A DNA stretch of 64,000 bases from Bdellovibrionota bacterium (GCA_050952645.1 JBMNLI010000012.1:224001-288000), one strand, 5' to 3'; counted from the stretch's first letter, positions 29,648 through 40,604 are shown. Numbers and translations: made by a program. The notes: a model not told the origin generated them from the sequence alone.

Positions 29648-31042
29648 ATGTTATTTATTAAAGATCTACATAAATCAAAGGATATAGAGTTAAAAGAGTA
29701 TGTGTTTAAGGGGTGGGTTAAAACTCACAGGGAATCGAAGAATGTTTCGTTTATAGAGCTTACTGATGGAAGTAGTGTTAAGGGGCTTCAGTTAGTAATA
29801 AACCCTGAATTAAGTTCTTATAAGGAGATTGCAGAAAAGATTGGCACGGGGGCTTCTATAGAGGTAAGGGGGGATTTAAAAGAGTCTCCTTCAAAGGGGC
29901 AAAATTACGAGTTAGAGGTAAAAGAGATAACTTTAATAGGGCAAGCTTGCAAAGCTACTTATCCTCTTCAGAAAAAGGGGCATACGTTAGAATTTTTAAG
30001 AGAGATACAGCATTTAAGGGCTAGGTCTAATACGTTAGGTGCAGTGTTTAGAGTGCGTTCAAAGGCTAGTGTGGCGATACATACTTTTTTTTCTGAGCGT
30101 GATTTTTATTATATACATACGCCAATTATTACCTCATCTGACTGTGAGGGTGCTGGGGAGGTGTTTAGCGTAACTACTCTAAACTTAGATGATTTGCCTA
30201 AAGATGATAAGGGCAAGGTTGATTATACGAAAGATTTTTTTAAAAAGCATGTAGGGCTTACAGTTTCTGGGCAACTTCAAGCTGAGGCTATGGCTACGGC
30301 TCTTGGTCGTGTGTATACTTTTGGCCCAACATTTAGGGCTGAAAATTCTAATACTGTAAGGCATCTATCTGAGTTTTGGATGGTTGAGCCTGAGATGGCT
30401 TTTTGCACGTTAGAAGACAATATAAAAGTTGCACAGGAGTTTATAAAATATATTATTAAGTATTTGCTTGATAATTCTCTTGAAGATTTAGAGTTTTTAC
30501 ATTCACTTTCTTGGGCGCCTAAGGGGCTTATGGATACGTTAAAGCACGTAGTAAATTCTAAGAGTGAGGTTATGACTTATACTAAAGCCATTGAAATTTT
30601 AGAAAAGTCGAGTAAAAAGTTTGAGTATCCAGTTCATTGGGGGATAGATCTTCAATCTGAGCATGAGAGATATTTAACTGAGGAGCATTTAAAGTGCCCA
30701 GTGTTTTTAATAGATTATCCAAAGGAGATAAAGGCTTTTTATATGAAGCTTAATAAGGATAATAAAACTGTAAAGGCTATGGATTTATTAGTTCCTGGGT
30801 TAGGAGAGATCGTAGGTGGTTCTGAGAGAGAAGAAAACTACGATGTATTGCTAGGAAGGATTAATGAGTTAGGCTTACGTAAGGAAGATTACAGTTGGTA
30901 TTTAGATTTAAGAAAGTACGGCAGCGTCCCACATTCAGGTTTTGGCTTAGGACTTGAAAGATTTATAATGTATATAACAGGCATACAAAACATCCGCGAC
31001 GTTATCCTATTTCCTAGAGCGCCAGGGCAGATTTTTGGGTAA
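29648..31042 (+). CDS. asnS: Asparagine--tRNA ligase
   Basis: SDCEGAGEVF, LTVSGQL, TFRAENSNTVRHLSEFWMVEPE, PHSGFGLGLER. Confidence 0.96.
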   Translation: MLFIKDLHKSKDIELKEYVFKGWVKTHRESKNVSFIELTDGSSVKGLQLVINPELSSYKEIAEKIGTGASIEVRGDLKESPSKGQNYELEVKEITLIGQACKATYPLQKKGHTLEFLREIQHLRARSNTLGAVFRVRSKASVAIHTFFSERDFYYIHTPIITSSDCEGAGEVFSVTTLNLDDLPKDDKGKVDYTKDFFKKHVGLTVSGQLQAEAMATALGRVYTFGPTFRAENSNTVRHLSEFWMVEPEMAFCTLEDNIKVAQEFIKYIIKYLLDNSLEDLEFLHSLSWAPKGLMDTLKHVVNSKSEVMTYTKAIEILEKSSKKFEYPVHWGIDLQSEHERYLTEEHLKCPVFLIDYPKEIKAFYMKLNKDNKTVKAMDLLVPGLGEIVGGSEREENYDVLLGRINELGLRKEDYSWYLDLRKYGSVPHSGFGLGLERFIMYITGIQNIRDVILFPRAPGQIFG

Positions 31043-31046
31043 GGTA

Positions 31047-31986
31047 TACCTTTTTAGTTTTTTTGGTAGTTGTTCTTGTGCAAATGACCTTGCACGTAAA
31101 GGTTATAGCTTTCAGAAAATTAGGGAGGAGCAAATGAATCTTCTTATGGCTTATGATGTAAATACTCATATACCACTTTTTTCTCGCATTTACGAAGGTG
31201 GCTCTCTAGATAAGTCGAGTGTTAAAGATCTCTTAGAGCAAGTTGTGCTTAAGGATATTCTTTTTATTGTTGATTGCGGTTTTTATAGCAATGAAAACTT
31301 ACAACTTTTTCAAAATGATGGTTGTTCCTACATTATCCCACTTTCTAGGAATCTAAAGAACAGTAAAAAAGCTGTTTCTAGTTTAGAAATGAATGGACGT
31401 TTTATGTGCCAACAAGGTAGAAAAGCAACGGTTATATAATATAAAGATGAACTAATAGATGGACAACGTGTTATTTGTTTTCGTGATCTAAATGAAGCTG
31501 CAGCTGAACAAGCAAACTATTTACGTTATATTAAACAAGGGAATAAACGTTACACAGAGGAGAGATTTTTAGAAATAAAAGATTTTCTAGGTCTTTATGT
31601 TTTACAGACTAGTCTTTTAGAAACACCAGCGGAAGAAATATTTAGGCTTTACAAGATGCGCTGGGCACTTGATTTTAATTATTTTAAGAACACTGCCGAT
31701 TGTCGTTCTCTTTATCAGCAAGATTATTATAAGGTGCAAGGTTTAAGTGTTATTATGATTGTAAATGGATTAATTCATCAAGAGTTTTCTAAAGCGTGTG
31801 AGAATTTAAAGGAAAAAAGTGTCAAAGACTGCCTTTTAGAAGCAAGAATGGTGAAAATTAATAAAAAAAGAGGAATTTGGACTGTTGCTAATTGTCGTAA
31901 AAAACAATTAGATTTATTTAAAGCTCTTAATACAACGTTTCAAATTTAAAAAAATTAGCCTGCATACCTAAAAAACTAAATAGGTA
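31047..31986 (+). mobile_element. Internally deleted IS (IS4-superfamily/IS1634-like DDE transposase remnant) with both TIRs
   Basis: 22-bp TIRs at 31047-31068 and 31965-31986 (20/22 match); one frame 31035-31949 with internal TAA at 31437; IVDCGFYS and degenerate YREK (YKMRWAL). Confidence 0.8.
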
Positions 31987-32735
31987 TGATTAAGGAGGTT
32001 TTTATTAAAAAAACAATAAAAATAATTGACTTACCAAGCAAGCAAATTGGACGCAAGAAAAATAAAAATGGGACTACTTATATTTATTACAGGTATAATT
32101 TTCTTCGTGAAAACGGGAAAACTACGTTTGACGAGACAGGTATAGGGAAGTTAGATGAGAGTGGTAAAAAATTAATTCCTAATAGGAATTACTATGATTT
32201 TTTTCCAGATGATTCTGATAAATATATTGTAAGCAATAAATCTTTTGGTCTTACTTATGTTTTAAATAAGATTGTAAAAGCTTTAAGACTAGACAAGACA
32301 CTGTCTTCAATTTTTGGAAATGATGCATACGATATTTTAACTTTAGCATTTTATATTTTAGCAAATGGAAATGTAGTATCGCATGCTCAAAGTTGGATAG
32401 ACGAGAGTGTTTTACCATATAAAATTTCTAAATTAACAAGTCAAAAAATAAGCCGTCTATTTGAACGAATTGACGATGAAAAAAGACTTGATTTTTTTTA
32501 GAAATTGACGAAGCAACATTTAGCTCAAGAATGTTGGTATTATGACGTAACTTCAATATCTTCTTATAGTAAAAAAATAAGCATATTAGAGTTTGGTTAT
32601 AATAGGGATATGGATAAATTACCACAAATAAATATAGGTATCTGCTATGGCTCTACGACGAAGCTTCCTTTATTTTATCAAGTTTATAATGGCAGTATTA
32701 CAGATAAGACGTATTTTAGTTTTCTTTTTGATTTA
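31986..32735 (+). pseudogene. Truncated IS1634-like transposase, N-terminal part, with in-frame TAG at 32499
   Basis: YYDVTSISSYS, FGYNRDMDKLPQINIG, LPLFYQVYNGSITD. Confidence 0.8.
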
Positions 32736-33203
32736 TCATCTGCAGATCTAATTTTTGATAGTAATGGCGATGTTATAGGAGTGAAAGTTCGTGATGATGC
32801 AAAACAGTTTGAACTTTGGGAAAAAAGTATTGCTTCATTATTAGGATTAGGAAATGCAATCAATGAATATTTAGAATATGGAGTGGAGAAAGCCTCGCTA
32901 GAAATTGAACGAAAGGCAAACAAAATACGAGCTGCAATAATGAGGAATCAGAATATTTATCTATTCGGTAAAGAAAAATCAAGGTCTGGAATTGCGTCAT
33001 TTTAGTTAAAAGACCCTTCAAAAGAAGTGGAAATAAAAACAGTATTGGAAACAGAAAATATTGTTGTTGCTTTAGTATGTAATTGGGATTGTCCGATTTT
33101 TTTCCCAGATAATGGAAGTAAGTTTGTGTTTAGATTTTCACCGCATTATTACACAGACGACCAAGATGTTAAAACCATTTGCTCCTTTATAGATCAAATT
33201 TGA
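32736..33203 (+). pseudogene. C-terminal remnant of a class V aminotransferase / cysteine desulfurase-like gene, in frame with the transposase
   Basis: AKQFELWE...LGLGNAI...SGIASF*...RFSPHYYT with in-frame TAG at 33003; 5' boundary approximate. Confidence 0.65.
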
Positions 33204-33331
33204 TGGAGAGATATTGTCCTGCCTCTTTATTTACTTCACAAAACTATATTATATTAATACTATAGATTTTTTAACTTAAAATTTTCGCTTTTACAGAGTT
33301 TTGTTGAACCTATATAGTTTTTACTAACATC

Positions 33332-33360
33332 TTGCAATAACTTGTTTAATTATATAAAAT
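33332..33360 (+). promoter_or_regulatory. Putative sigma70 promoter of secG-tRNA-Leu
   Basis: TTGCAA-N17-TAAAAT. Confidence 0.5.
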
Positions 33361-33435
33361 ACATTTTAAGTTTTGTTTTTAAATAAATTTATTTTTTTAA
33401 AACTTCTAATAAACTTCTAATAAAGGAGATGGTTT

Positions 33436-33831
33436 GTGTTTACACTTCTAATAATTTTTCATATCTTATTATGTCTAGCCTTAATATTTTTAGTTTTACT
33501 ACAACAGGGCAAAGGAGCAGATTTAGGCGCAGTATTTGGAAATTCAAACTCTATTTTTGGAACTAGTAGCGGTGATAATATAGGAAAAATTACCACCACT
33601 TTAGCTATAGTTTTTATGCTTTCATCAATCTTACTAGTAAGAGGTTTTATTGCTCAAGCTCAAGACCCTAATTTTATAAAAGTAGATAGTGCTAAAGTTA
33701 AAGATATTAATAAAAATGTTATGGAAGGTTCAGTCTTAAATAAGATTAAAATCGATGATAACGCTGTAAATGAAGCTTTAACTAATAATTCTTTAACTAA
33801 TGAAGCTCCTAAAGAAGATACGACTAAATAA
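33436..33831 (+). CDS. secG: Preprotein translocase subunit SecG
   Basis: VLLQQGKGADLGAVFG, two TM helices, AAGGAG RBS, followed by tRNA-Leu. Confidence 0.93.
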   Translation: MFTLLIIFHILLCLALIFLVLLQQGKGADLGAVFGNSNSIFGTSSGDNIGKITTTLAIVFMLSSILLVRGFIAQAQDPNFIKVDSAKVKDINKNVMEGSVLNKIKIDDNAVNEALTNNSLTNEAPKEDTTK

Positions 33832-33927
33832 ATAGCCTTCCTTTCAAGTTTTAATTTGGTTCTCTTTTAATTCGGTTAAAAAATAATTCGGTTAAAAAAT
33901 TTAGTAAATAAATTAAAAATAGTTCGT

Positions 33928-34010
33928 GCCTAGGTGGTGGAACGGTAGACACGCTGGCTTGAGGGGCTAGTAAGAGCAATCTTGTGAAGGTTCAAATCCT
34001 TTCCTAGGCA
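33928..34010 (+). tRNA. tRNA-Leu(GAG)
   Basis: Acceptor stem gcctagg/cctaggc, anticodon arm ctggc-ttGAGgg-gctag, long variable arm, TTCAAAT loop; no encoded CCA. Confidence 0.95.
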
Positions 34011-34057
34011 TTTTATAGTATTTTATAATAGACTAATATTTATAGAGAGATAAAATT

Positions 34058-34999
34058 ATGACAGCACTAATAACTGGTGCTAGCGGTTTCGTAGCACAAC
34101 ATCTAATAGAATTATTGACTTCACAAGGTGAAAACATTATAAAAACCTCTTTAGAGAGTGAAAAAAAAGACGATACTAGTGTTGCTCTAGACGTCTTGAA
34201 TTTTGATAATTGCTTAGATGCAATTAACGAGCATGCACCAGATGTTATATACCATCTTGCAGGAATTGCAGCTCCTAGAGTTTGTGAAAACGATTTTAAA
34301 CTCGCTTTAGATGTAAATGTAAGAGGTGTTTATAATATCTTAAAAGCTTCTGAAATTTCAGAAAAGAAAATAAGAGTCATCATCATTAGCTCTTCAGAGT
34401 GTTATGGAAAAGTTTCTAAAGATTTAATGCCGATAAAAGAAGGTATGGTTTGTAGCCCAGCAAATAACTACGGGCTTTCAAAATTAATGGCAGAAAATGT
34501 TGCAAAAAAATTCATGAGTTATTCTAAAAATAAAAACTTAGAATGCGTCATAGCAAGACCATTTAATCATATAGGACCTAAACAAAGGTTAGGCTTTGTT
34601 GTGCCAGATTTTTGCGCTCAAGTTGCAAAAGTAGCAAAAGGAATACAAGAACCAGTAATATCTGTAGGCAATTTAGAGGCTATGCGTGATTTTACAGATG
34701 TTAGGGATATCGTAAAAGGATACTACTTACTAAGTAAACAAGGAAGCGGAGTTTACAATCTATGTTCAGGAGAACCTAGAAAGATTCAAGAGATTTTAGA
34801 TATTTTGCTTACTTTTACAGATATGAAAATAGAGGTTAAAAGAGATGAAAGCAAGATGCGTCCATCCGATGTTCCTTTATTTATTGGTGATAATAGTAAA
34901 ATTAAATCAGAGCTTGGTTGGGAAAATAAGATACCTTTTAGCCAAAGTATAAAAGATGCTTATGAGTATATTTTTAATAATATTGAACTATATAAATAG
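34058..34999 (+). CDS. Extended SDR; GDP-4-keto-6-deoxy-D-mannose reductase (Rmd)-like
   Basis: ITGASGFVA, YGLSK, RPFNHIGPKQ, GNLEAMRDFTDVRD. Confidence 0.75.
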   Translation: MTALITGASGFVAQHLIELLTSQGENIIKTSLESEKKDDTSVALDVLNFDNCLDAINEHAPDVIYHLAGIAAPRVCENDFKLALDVNVRGVYNILKASEISEKKIRVIIISSSECYGKVSKDLMPIKEGMVCSPANNYGLSKLMAENVAKKFMSYSKNKNLECVIARPFNHIGPKQRLGFVVPDFCAQVAKVAKGIQEPVISVGNLEAMRDFTDVRDIVKGYYLLSKQGSGVYNLCSGEPRKIQEILDILLTFTDMKIEVKRDESKMRPSDVPLFIGDNSKIKSELGWENKIPFSQSIKDAYEYIFNNIELYK

Positions 35000-35226
35000 T
35001 AGTTATTTTTAGCTAGTCGATTTAGCTTTTTAGTAAAATTTTAAATGCAATATAGCTATTAAAAATAGCTGTTAAAATAGCGTCTGTAAATAATACCCCC
35101 CCTATTTAAGAAACGATAAATACAAATCTTTAAGCAGTCTTTAAGCTAAGTTTTTTTAGGGGCTCTTTTAAAAAAACTTAACGTACGTAAACCTAGGGAA
35201 AAGTTTTTTTCGGGGAGAGGGGCTAC

Positions 35227-37176
35227 TTAATTTATAGCGTCAAAAATAAATCTTTGTTCTCCTAATGAATAACCTCTAAGTCTAACTTTGAGAGTTCCAT
35301 TTATAGATATATTTTTTAATTCTTCTTTGCCTTTTATAGGAACGATGCCCCATTTTGAAAACCCACTAACTTCAATAAATAGCTTGCCTTTCTTTTTCCT
35401 TACTACTGCTCCTTTAAATTCCTTACCTGTAAGGGCGAGATTTCTAGTAAGCATATCTAAAAAATTTAAAGTATAATACTTAATACCGTAAGTTTTTATT
35501 TGTCTATTTAATTTTGCTACCATTTTTTGAATTTCTTTAGTACTATAACTTTTACCGAAGTTTTGAATTATATTTCTAGCTTGTATTTGATTTATTATAC
35601 CAGCTGCTAAGCGTCCTTTATTATCGCAATAGCTAGGAACATTTAAAAACGCATGCCCTCTGTTTACATTATCATAGTTCGATCTCTTAAAAAAAGCGCT
35701 TATTATATAGTTTAGTATTTTTTCAACCCCAGATGTGTCTTGACCGTGAGCTATTCTCGCATCGAAACACATATTTTGTAGTGTAGTTAAAACTTCATAT
35801 AACTTATCAGGAAATTTAAATATATCGCTATTGGCATCGATTCCTAATTTTTCCAATTTTGATATTATTTCTTTTCTCTTACTTATAGTTAAAGTTTTTT
35901 GAACTTTAAATATGGCTTTTTTTGCTTTATATTTATTTAAATACTCTGCGAAACTTACTTTAGTTTTTATCATGATCTCACTTATTATATCATTAGCACT
36001 TATCTTATTTTCATCTATCTTATTATTGTTTATATTTTTAGCTTGTTTATTATTATTATTGTTATTGTTATTGCTGTAGTTATTGTTTTTCCCATTAGAA
36101 ACGGCAAGTCTTTCTGCACGTAGCAGTGTAGCTATATTTGAAAGTAAAACTATTTCTTTAGATGTATAACTTCCACTATCTATGCTTTCAATAGTTATCG
36201 CTTTGTGAACTTTTACTTTAGCTAAAAAAGGTTTTTCTAATATATTAGCTTTTTTATCACGCTTAATTTCGTATTTAAATATCCATGCTGGAGTAGTTTT
36301 ATTTAAAGAAAAATGCGACTCTTCAAGTTCAGCAAGTTTTCCTAGCGTTGAAATCCTACTTTTTGAACCATAAATTGTAGTTCCTAAATTTATCGCAAAA
36401 TCTCTCTGCTTTCCTCTAGGTAAAACTAAATAACTTATGTCTGTTATAGCGACTGTAAGCCTAAAAGTATTATCGTCTATTTTTTCTACGAAAAAAGCAT
36501 CTTCAGCATCATTAGTGCCTTGTGCATCGATGGAAACAAAGGGGATTTCTGAAAGATCTTTAAGTCCATCATTTAATTTCTCTCGCTCGCTTAAAAGCTT
36601 ACTTGTTATAGTAGGCTCTTCTCCAAAAAATTGTTTTTTTATTAAATCTATAGTTTCTAAGTCTTTATTAGTTAAAAGCTCTTGGTTTTTAAAGAATCTT
36701 GAAAATAAATTTCTTATGCCTTGGTAGCCTTGTTCTCTTTGAATTATTACTTTCACTGAAAATCTTTTTTCATAATCTTCGACCCAGCGTTTTAGCGATT
36801 CTTCTTTTTCACGTGGCACATACATCCTAAAAAATATTAGTGCAAGTGAGCCTCGTTTTAATCTGATTTTAGTTTTATTTAATTTCTTTTCTAGTATTTC
36901 AACACCGATAGGTACTGTTCTTTTAGCATCTTCAAAAAGAATATCATTTCTACTATGCGAAAAATTAGCTTTAGAAAGTGGAGTGTTTTCTGTTATTTTA
37001 TTTTTATCTACACTATTATCTCCACTTTTATCTTCTCTATTATCTTCTCTATTATCTTCTCTATTATCTTTTCTATTATCTTTTCTATTATCTTTTCTAT
37101 TATCTTTTCTATTATCTTCTCTATTATCTTTTTCTTCTTTTTCTTTTGGTTTTAAATTTTCAGCTTTTATATCCAT
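35227..37176 (-). CDS. RNB-domain (RNase II/R family) protein with divergent active site and C-terminal S1-like domain
   Basis: FVSIDAQGTNDAEDAF, LTVAITDIS, GTTIY. Confidence 0.75.
   Translation of the reverse strand: MDIKAENLKPKEKEEKDNREDNRKDNRKDNRKDNRKDNREDNREDNREDKSGDNSVDKNKITENTPLSKANFSHSRNDILFEDAKRTVPIGVEILEKKLNKTKIRLKRGSLALIFFRMYVPREKEESLKRWVEDYEKRFSVKVIIQREQGYQGIRNLFSRFFKNQELLTNKDLETIDLIKKQFFGEEPTITSKLLSEREKLNDGLKDLSEIPFVSIDAQGTNDAEDAFFVEKIDDNTFRLTVAITDISYLVLPRGKQRDFAINLGTTIYGSKSRISTLGKLAELEESHFSLNKTTPAWIFKYEIKRDKKANILEKPFLAKVKVHKAITIESIDSGSYTSKEIVLLSNIATLLRAERLAVSNGKNNNYSNNNNNNNNKQAKNINNNKIDENKISANDIISEIMIKTKVSFAEYLNKYKAKKAIFKVQKTLTISKRKEIISKLEKLGIDANSDIFKFPDKLYEVLTTLQNMCFDARIAHGQDTSGVEKILNYIISAFFKRSNYDNVNRGHAFLNVPSYCDNKGRLAAGIINQIQARNIIQNFGKSYSTKEIQKMVAKLNRQIKTYGIKYYTLNFLDMLTRNLALTGKEFKGAVVRKKKGKLFIEVSGFSKWGIVPIKGKEELKNISINGTLKVRLRGYSLGEQRFIFDAIN
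37028..37130. repeat. Coding tandem repeat, 12 bp x ~8 (DNRK/DNRE)
   Basis: (ttatcttYtcta)n. Confidence 0.95.
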
Positions 37177-37746
37177 TTATGAATTGTAGCTCCAATATAA
37201 ATTTTGTCTTACATATATTTTATTAGCAAATGCTAAAATAGCAGAGTGAGCTACCTCTGATAGGGGAGTAGGTGTATACACATAAGAGCTATCGGTGAAA
37301 ATTCTAGTTAGGAAACATGCTTTTAAGTTATTTTCAAGTTCTTCACAAAAAAAATTGTAAGCCCTAGAGGTTTCATATTGCATCATTTGCAATCTTAAAA
37401 GCTTAGCAATTTCAGATATCGTTAAAACTTGTTTAAAAATATTTATTACGAATAAATGTATGATTTGCTCTCTATAATACTTTCTATTTACGGGAGCGCT
37501 TATAACTTTTTGTTTTACATAGTTGTTTACCATGGTGCTAGTTAGCATCTTTTCATCATTAGGAACCGAAAAAACTAAAAGATGTTTATCTAGAAACTCT
37601 ATAACTTGCTTTACGTACATTCCAAAGTTAGGGAATTCATCATAGCGAGGGCATTTATAATTTACTAATTTTATTGCAATTTCTGATTTTTCAAATTCTT
37701 TTTTCATAATTCTTATTATATGAAACTTTTTAAATAATTCCAACAT
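37177..37746 (-). CDS. DUF1836-family putative DNA-binding protein
   Basis: PNFGMYVKQV, LTSTMVNNYVK, AYNFF. Confidence 0.75.
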   Translation of the reverse strand: MLELFKKFHIIRIMKKEFEKSEIAIKLVNYKCPRYDEFPNFGMYVKQVIEFLDKHLLVFSVPNDEKMLTSTMVNNYVKQKVISAPVNRKYYREQIIHLFVINIFKQVLTISEIAKLLRLQMMQYETSRAYNFFCEELENNLKACFLTRIFTDSSYVYTPTPLSEVAHSAILAFANKIYVRQNLYWSYNS

Positions 37747-37852
37747 CTATATCGTCTATAATATCTATTATGATATCTATTAGAATATCTCTTATGATAT
37801 CTATTATGATATCTATTATGATATCTATTATGATATCTATTATAATGTCTAT
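37747..37852. repeat. Intergenic tandem repeat, ~12 bp x ~8
   Basis: (ctattatgatat)n, degenerate at the edges. Confidence 0.9.
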
Positions 37853-37918
37853 AATTTATAATTTATATTGATATTAATTGCGAGACTATATGAAAAAAAC
37901 TAAAAGTATTTTTACCTA

Positions 37919-37946
37919 TTGCATTTAAAAGTTTTTTAAATATAAT
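37919..37946 (+). promoter_or_regulatory. Putative sigma70 promoter of dksA
   Basis: TTGCAT-N16-TATAAT. Confidence 0.45.
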
Positions 37947-38033
37947 TAGCGTGTTTTATATGTATATATTTACATATATTTACATTGTAATTCTATTGTA
38001 GCTCTATTTTATTTCTTTGAAGGAGAAAGTTTT

Positions 38034-38441
38034 ATGAAAAAGCAAGATTTAGAAAAATTTAAAAAAAGATTAACTAATGAGCGTGAAAGAATTATGCAAA
38101 CTATGCAGCAAGCAAAGAGTTCTAAATCTCAACAAGAAATATCTAACACGCAATCTGGCGACCAAGCCGATATGGCTTCTGCTGAAATGGAACTAGATGC
38201 AATGTATCAAGGGGACCAGAGAGGGCACAACGCCTTAATAGATATTTCTGATGCATTAGAAAAAATCAAAGAAGGGACTTATGGCGAATGCGAAAGTTGT
38301 GGAGAAGAAATTTCAATAGCAAGGCTTGAGGTTAATCCAATGGCAAAACTTTGTGTTGATTGTAAATCTGCGGAAGAAATAAGAGAGAAGAAGTTTGCTA
38401 AAAGTGGCAATGCTCTTAGCTCATTTGATGATAGTGAATAA
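38034..38441 (+). CDS. dksA: DksA/TraR family RNA polymerase-binding protein
   Basis: DQADMA (DxxDxA) and C4 zinc finger CESC...CVDC. Confidence 0.88.
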   Translation: MKKQDLEKFKKRLTNERERIMQTMQQAKSSKSQQEISNTQSGDQADMASAEMELDAMYQGDQRGHNALIDISDALEKIKEGTYGECESCGEEISIARLEVNPMAKLCVDCKSAEEIREKKFAKSGNALSSFDDSE

Positions 38442-38500
38442 ATAATTAACTAATACTCTTGAAAAATTTTAAAAAATTAGTATATTATAAAAAGCTTTAT

Positions 38501-38572
38501 TGGCCAGTAGCCAAGCGGTAAGGCACTGGGTTTTGATCCCAGCATGCGTAGGTTCAAATCCTACCTGGCCAG
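38501..38572 (+). tRNA. tRNA-Gln(TTG)
   Basis: Acceptor stem tggccag/ctggcca, anticodon arm ctggg-ttTTGat-cccag; no encoded CCA. Confidence 0.95.
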
Positions 38573-38578
38573 TTTTTA

Positions 38579-39616
38579 TTATTTATTTTTAATTTCTCTT
38601 AAAGTTTCAGGTAAATCTTTTAGCACTGCATGCAATCTTCTATGCTTCATAACAGGCACAATAGGGTATCCTGCGTAATCGCCTTTTTCAGTTAAAGATC
38701 TATCGACTACCGACCTTCCTCCAACTCTAATGCCATCTGCAATTTTCACATGGTCTGCAACTCCTACGCCTCCAGCTATAGTTACTTGATCTCCAATTTG
38801 TGTGCTTCCTGCAATGCCCGTTGCACCACAAATAATTGAAAATTTACCAATGTTTACATTATGCCCAATCTGCACTAAATTATCTATCTTAGTTGAATAC
38901 CCGATATGAGTACTCGAAACTGCCGCTCTATCGATACAAGCGTTAGCACCAACATCTACAAAGGAAGCTAATTTAACGTTTCCAACTTGCGGAACGGGTT
39001 TAATGCCCACTTGAGGGTCGGGAACGTATCCAAAGCCATCAGCGCCTATAACGGCTCCATTTTGAATTACTATGTTGTCTTGAAGCTCTGAGCCTTCTCT
39101 AATAACTGCTCCTGAGTGGATTATTACATTATTTCCAATTTTTACATTTTGGTAAATTATTACATTTGGATAAATTACTACATTATTTCCAATCGTCGTA
39201 TTATCACCTATAACTGAAAAAGCACCAAGCGAAAAATTTTCGCCAAGATTTACATTTTTGCCTATTTCTGCCTTTTCACTAATGCTTTTTATTGGTGTAA
39301 TCTCATCAAAGAAAAGTGGAATTATATCTAAGAAACCTTTATGTGCGTTTTTGCAAGTGATTACTACGAATCCTTCTTTAGGCGTTATATCGCACTTAAG
39401 TTCGTTAATTAGTAAAATTTTAGCTTTTTGCTTACTAATTGCCTCAAGGATTTTCTTTTCACTAGTGTTAGTAAAGAATGTTATCGAATCGGCTAGTTGC
39501 TCATCGAAAGATGATACTCCTGACACTGCTATATCGTTAGTGCCAAAAAGTTTTCCACCAACTTTTTCTGCAATATTGCTTGCCATTATCTTTATATTCT
39601 GTTTTTGTATATACAT
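38579..39616 (-). CDS. lpxD: UDP-3-O-acyl-glucosamine N-acyltransferase
   Basis: Hexapeptide repeats, GADGFGY, IDR, KIDNLVQIGHNV. Confidence 0.95.
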   Translation of the reverse strand: MYIQKQNIKIMASNIAEKVGGKLFGTNDIAVSGVSSFDEQLADSITFFTNTSEKKILEAISKQKAKILLINELKCDITPKEGFVVITCKNAHKGFLDIIPLFFDEITPIKSISEKAEIGKNVNLGENFSLGAFSVIGDNTTIGNNVVIYPNVIIYQNVKIGNNVIIHSGAVIREGSELQDNIVIQNGAVIGADGFGYVPDPQVGIKPVPQVGNVKLASFVDVGANACIDRAAVSSTHIGYSTKIDNLVQIGHNVNIGKFSIICGATGIAGSTQIGDQVTIAGGVGVADHVKIADGIRVGGRSVVDRSLTEKGDYAGYPIVPVMKHRRLHAVLKDLPETLREIKNK

Positions 39617-39686
39617 ATAATTTCCCCTTTATTTTTCTTTATTTATTTATTTTTTATATTTATTTATTATATTTATTTAAAAAATT

Positions 39687-40604
39687 TTATTTAGCTAATA
39701 AATCATTTAAATGCTCAATATATTTTTTCCTTGATAAATCTTTGCCATTTAAAACGCGCCATCTTTTGTGAAACCAAACCCATTGTTCGGGATACATTCT
39801 TATGTATTTTTCTAAAAGTTCGTTATACTCTCTAGCGATTTCCTCTTGTGTTAAATTAGGTTTTAAAAGATGTATGTAAAAATCGTAATGAGTTATATCT
39901 CTTCTAAAGTTAAACGCAACTATCGTATTAGTGTTATGTTTTACAGCCATTTTAATAAGGCTTGAAGGAACTTTAACTTCGTGGTTAAAAAACACACTAT
40001 CTAAACTTGAAACTTTCGTATGCTGGTCGATTAGCACTGCCATTACATGCTTTTTCTCTATTTCATTTAATATCTCTTTAGCTCCAGACCTTCCACCTCG
40101 CCATATGGTTTTAATTCCATAAGATCGCCTAATTTTTTCAATAATTTCTTGACCAACGACGAATTCTAATTTCTTTGCTGCCGTAGCGATTTTAAACCCT
40201 TTTTTTATAAAGTATGCAGCTAAGAGTTCCCAGTTTCCAGTATGTGCAGTAAGAACTATTGTGGCTTTATCGTTTTTTGCAACTTTTTCTAAAATGTTAT
40301 CTTCAGATTGATATACTGAAATATTCTCATCTTTTATATCGCTTAAATTAAAAGCCTCAAAAAAAGTTTGAGCGATATTCGCATAAATCTTGTATGGTGA
40401 AATTTCTTTTTTAAAAAAAACTTTTGACTGTAATTTAATAAAGAAATTTTCTCTTCTTAAAAATGGCGTTAATATGTATGCACCAAATCTTCCAATATAT
40501 ATGCGAAATTTTAATGGCAAAATGGACAAAACTTTAACTAATAAAATTGTTGTCGGTCTTATAATTGTAGTAAATAAAATAGTCGTAATTAAATTATTTA
40601 TCAT
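39687..40604 (-). CDS. Second lipid A acyltransferase (LpxL family)
   Basis: AHTGNWE, LIDQ, PEQWVWFHKRWR. Confidence 0.88.
   Translation of the reverse strand: MINNLITTILFTTIIRPTTILLVKVLSILPLKFRIYIGRFGAYILTPFLRRENFFIKLQSKVFFKKEISPYKIYANIAQTFFEAFNLSDIKDENISVYQSEDNILEKVAKNDKATIVLTAHTGNWELLAAYFIKKGFKIATAAKKLEFVVGQEIIEKIRRSYGIKTIWRGGRSGAKEILNEIEKKHVMAVLIDQHTKVSSLDSVFFNHEVKVPSSLIKMAVKHNTNTIVAFNFRRDITHYDFYIHLLKPNLTQEEIAREYNELLEKYIRMYPEQWVWFHKRWRVLNGKDLSRKKYIEHLNDLLAK

Noticed and set aside
31437..33005. In-frame TAA/TAG stops as stop-codon recoding
   Set aside because: Confined to decayed IS/pseudogene DNA; intact genes end normally with TAA or TAG
37028..37852. Repeat arrays as CRISPR
   Set aside because: Contiguous 12-bp tandem units with no unique spacers and no cas genes
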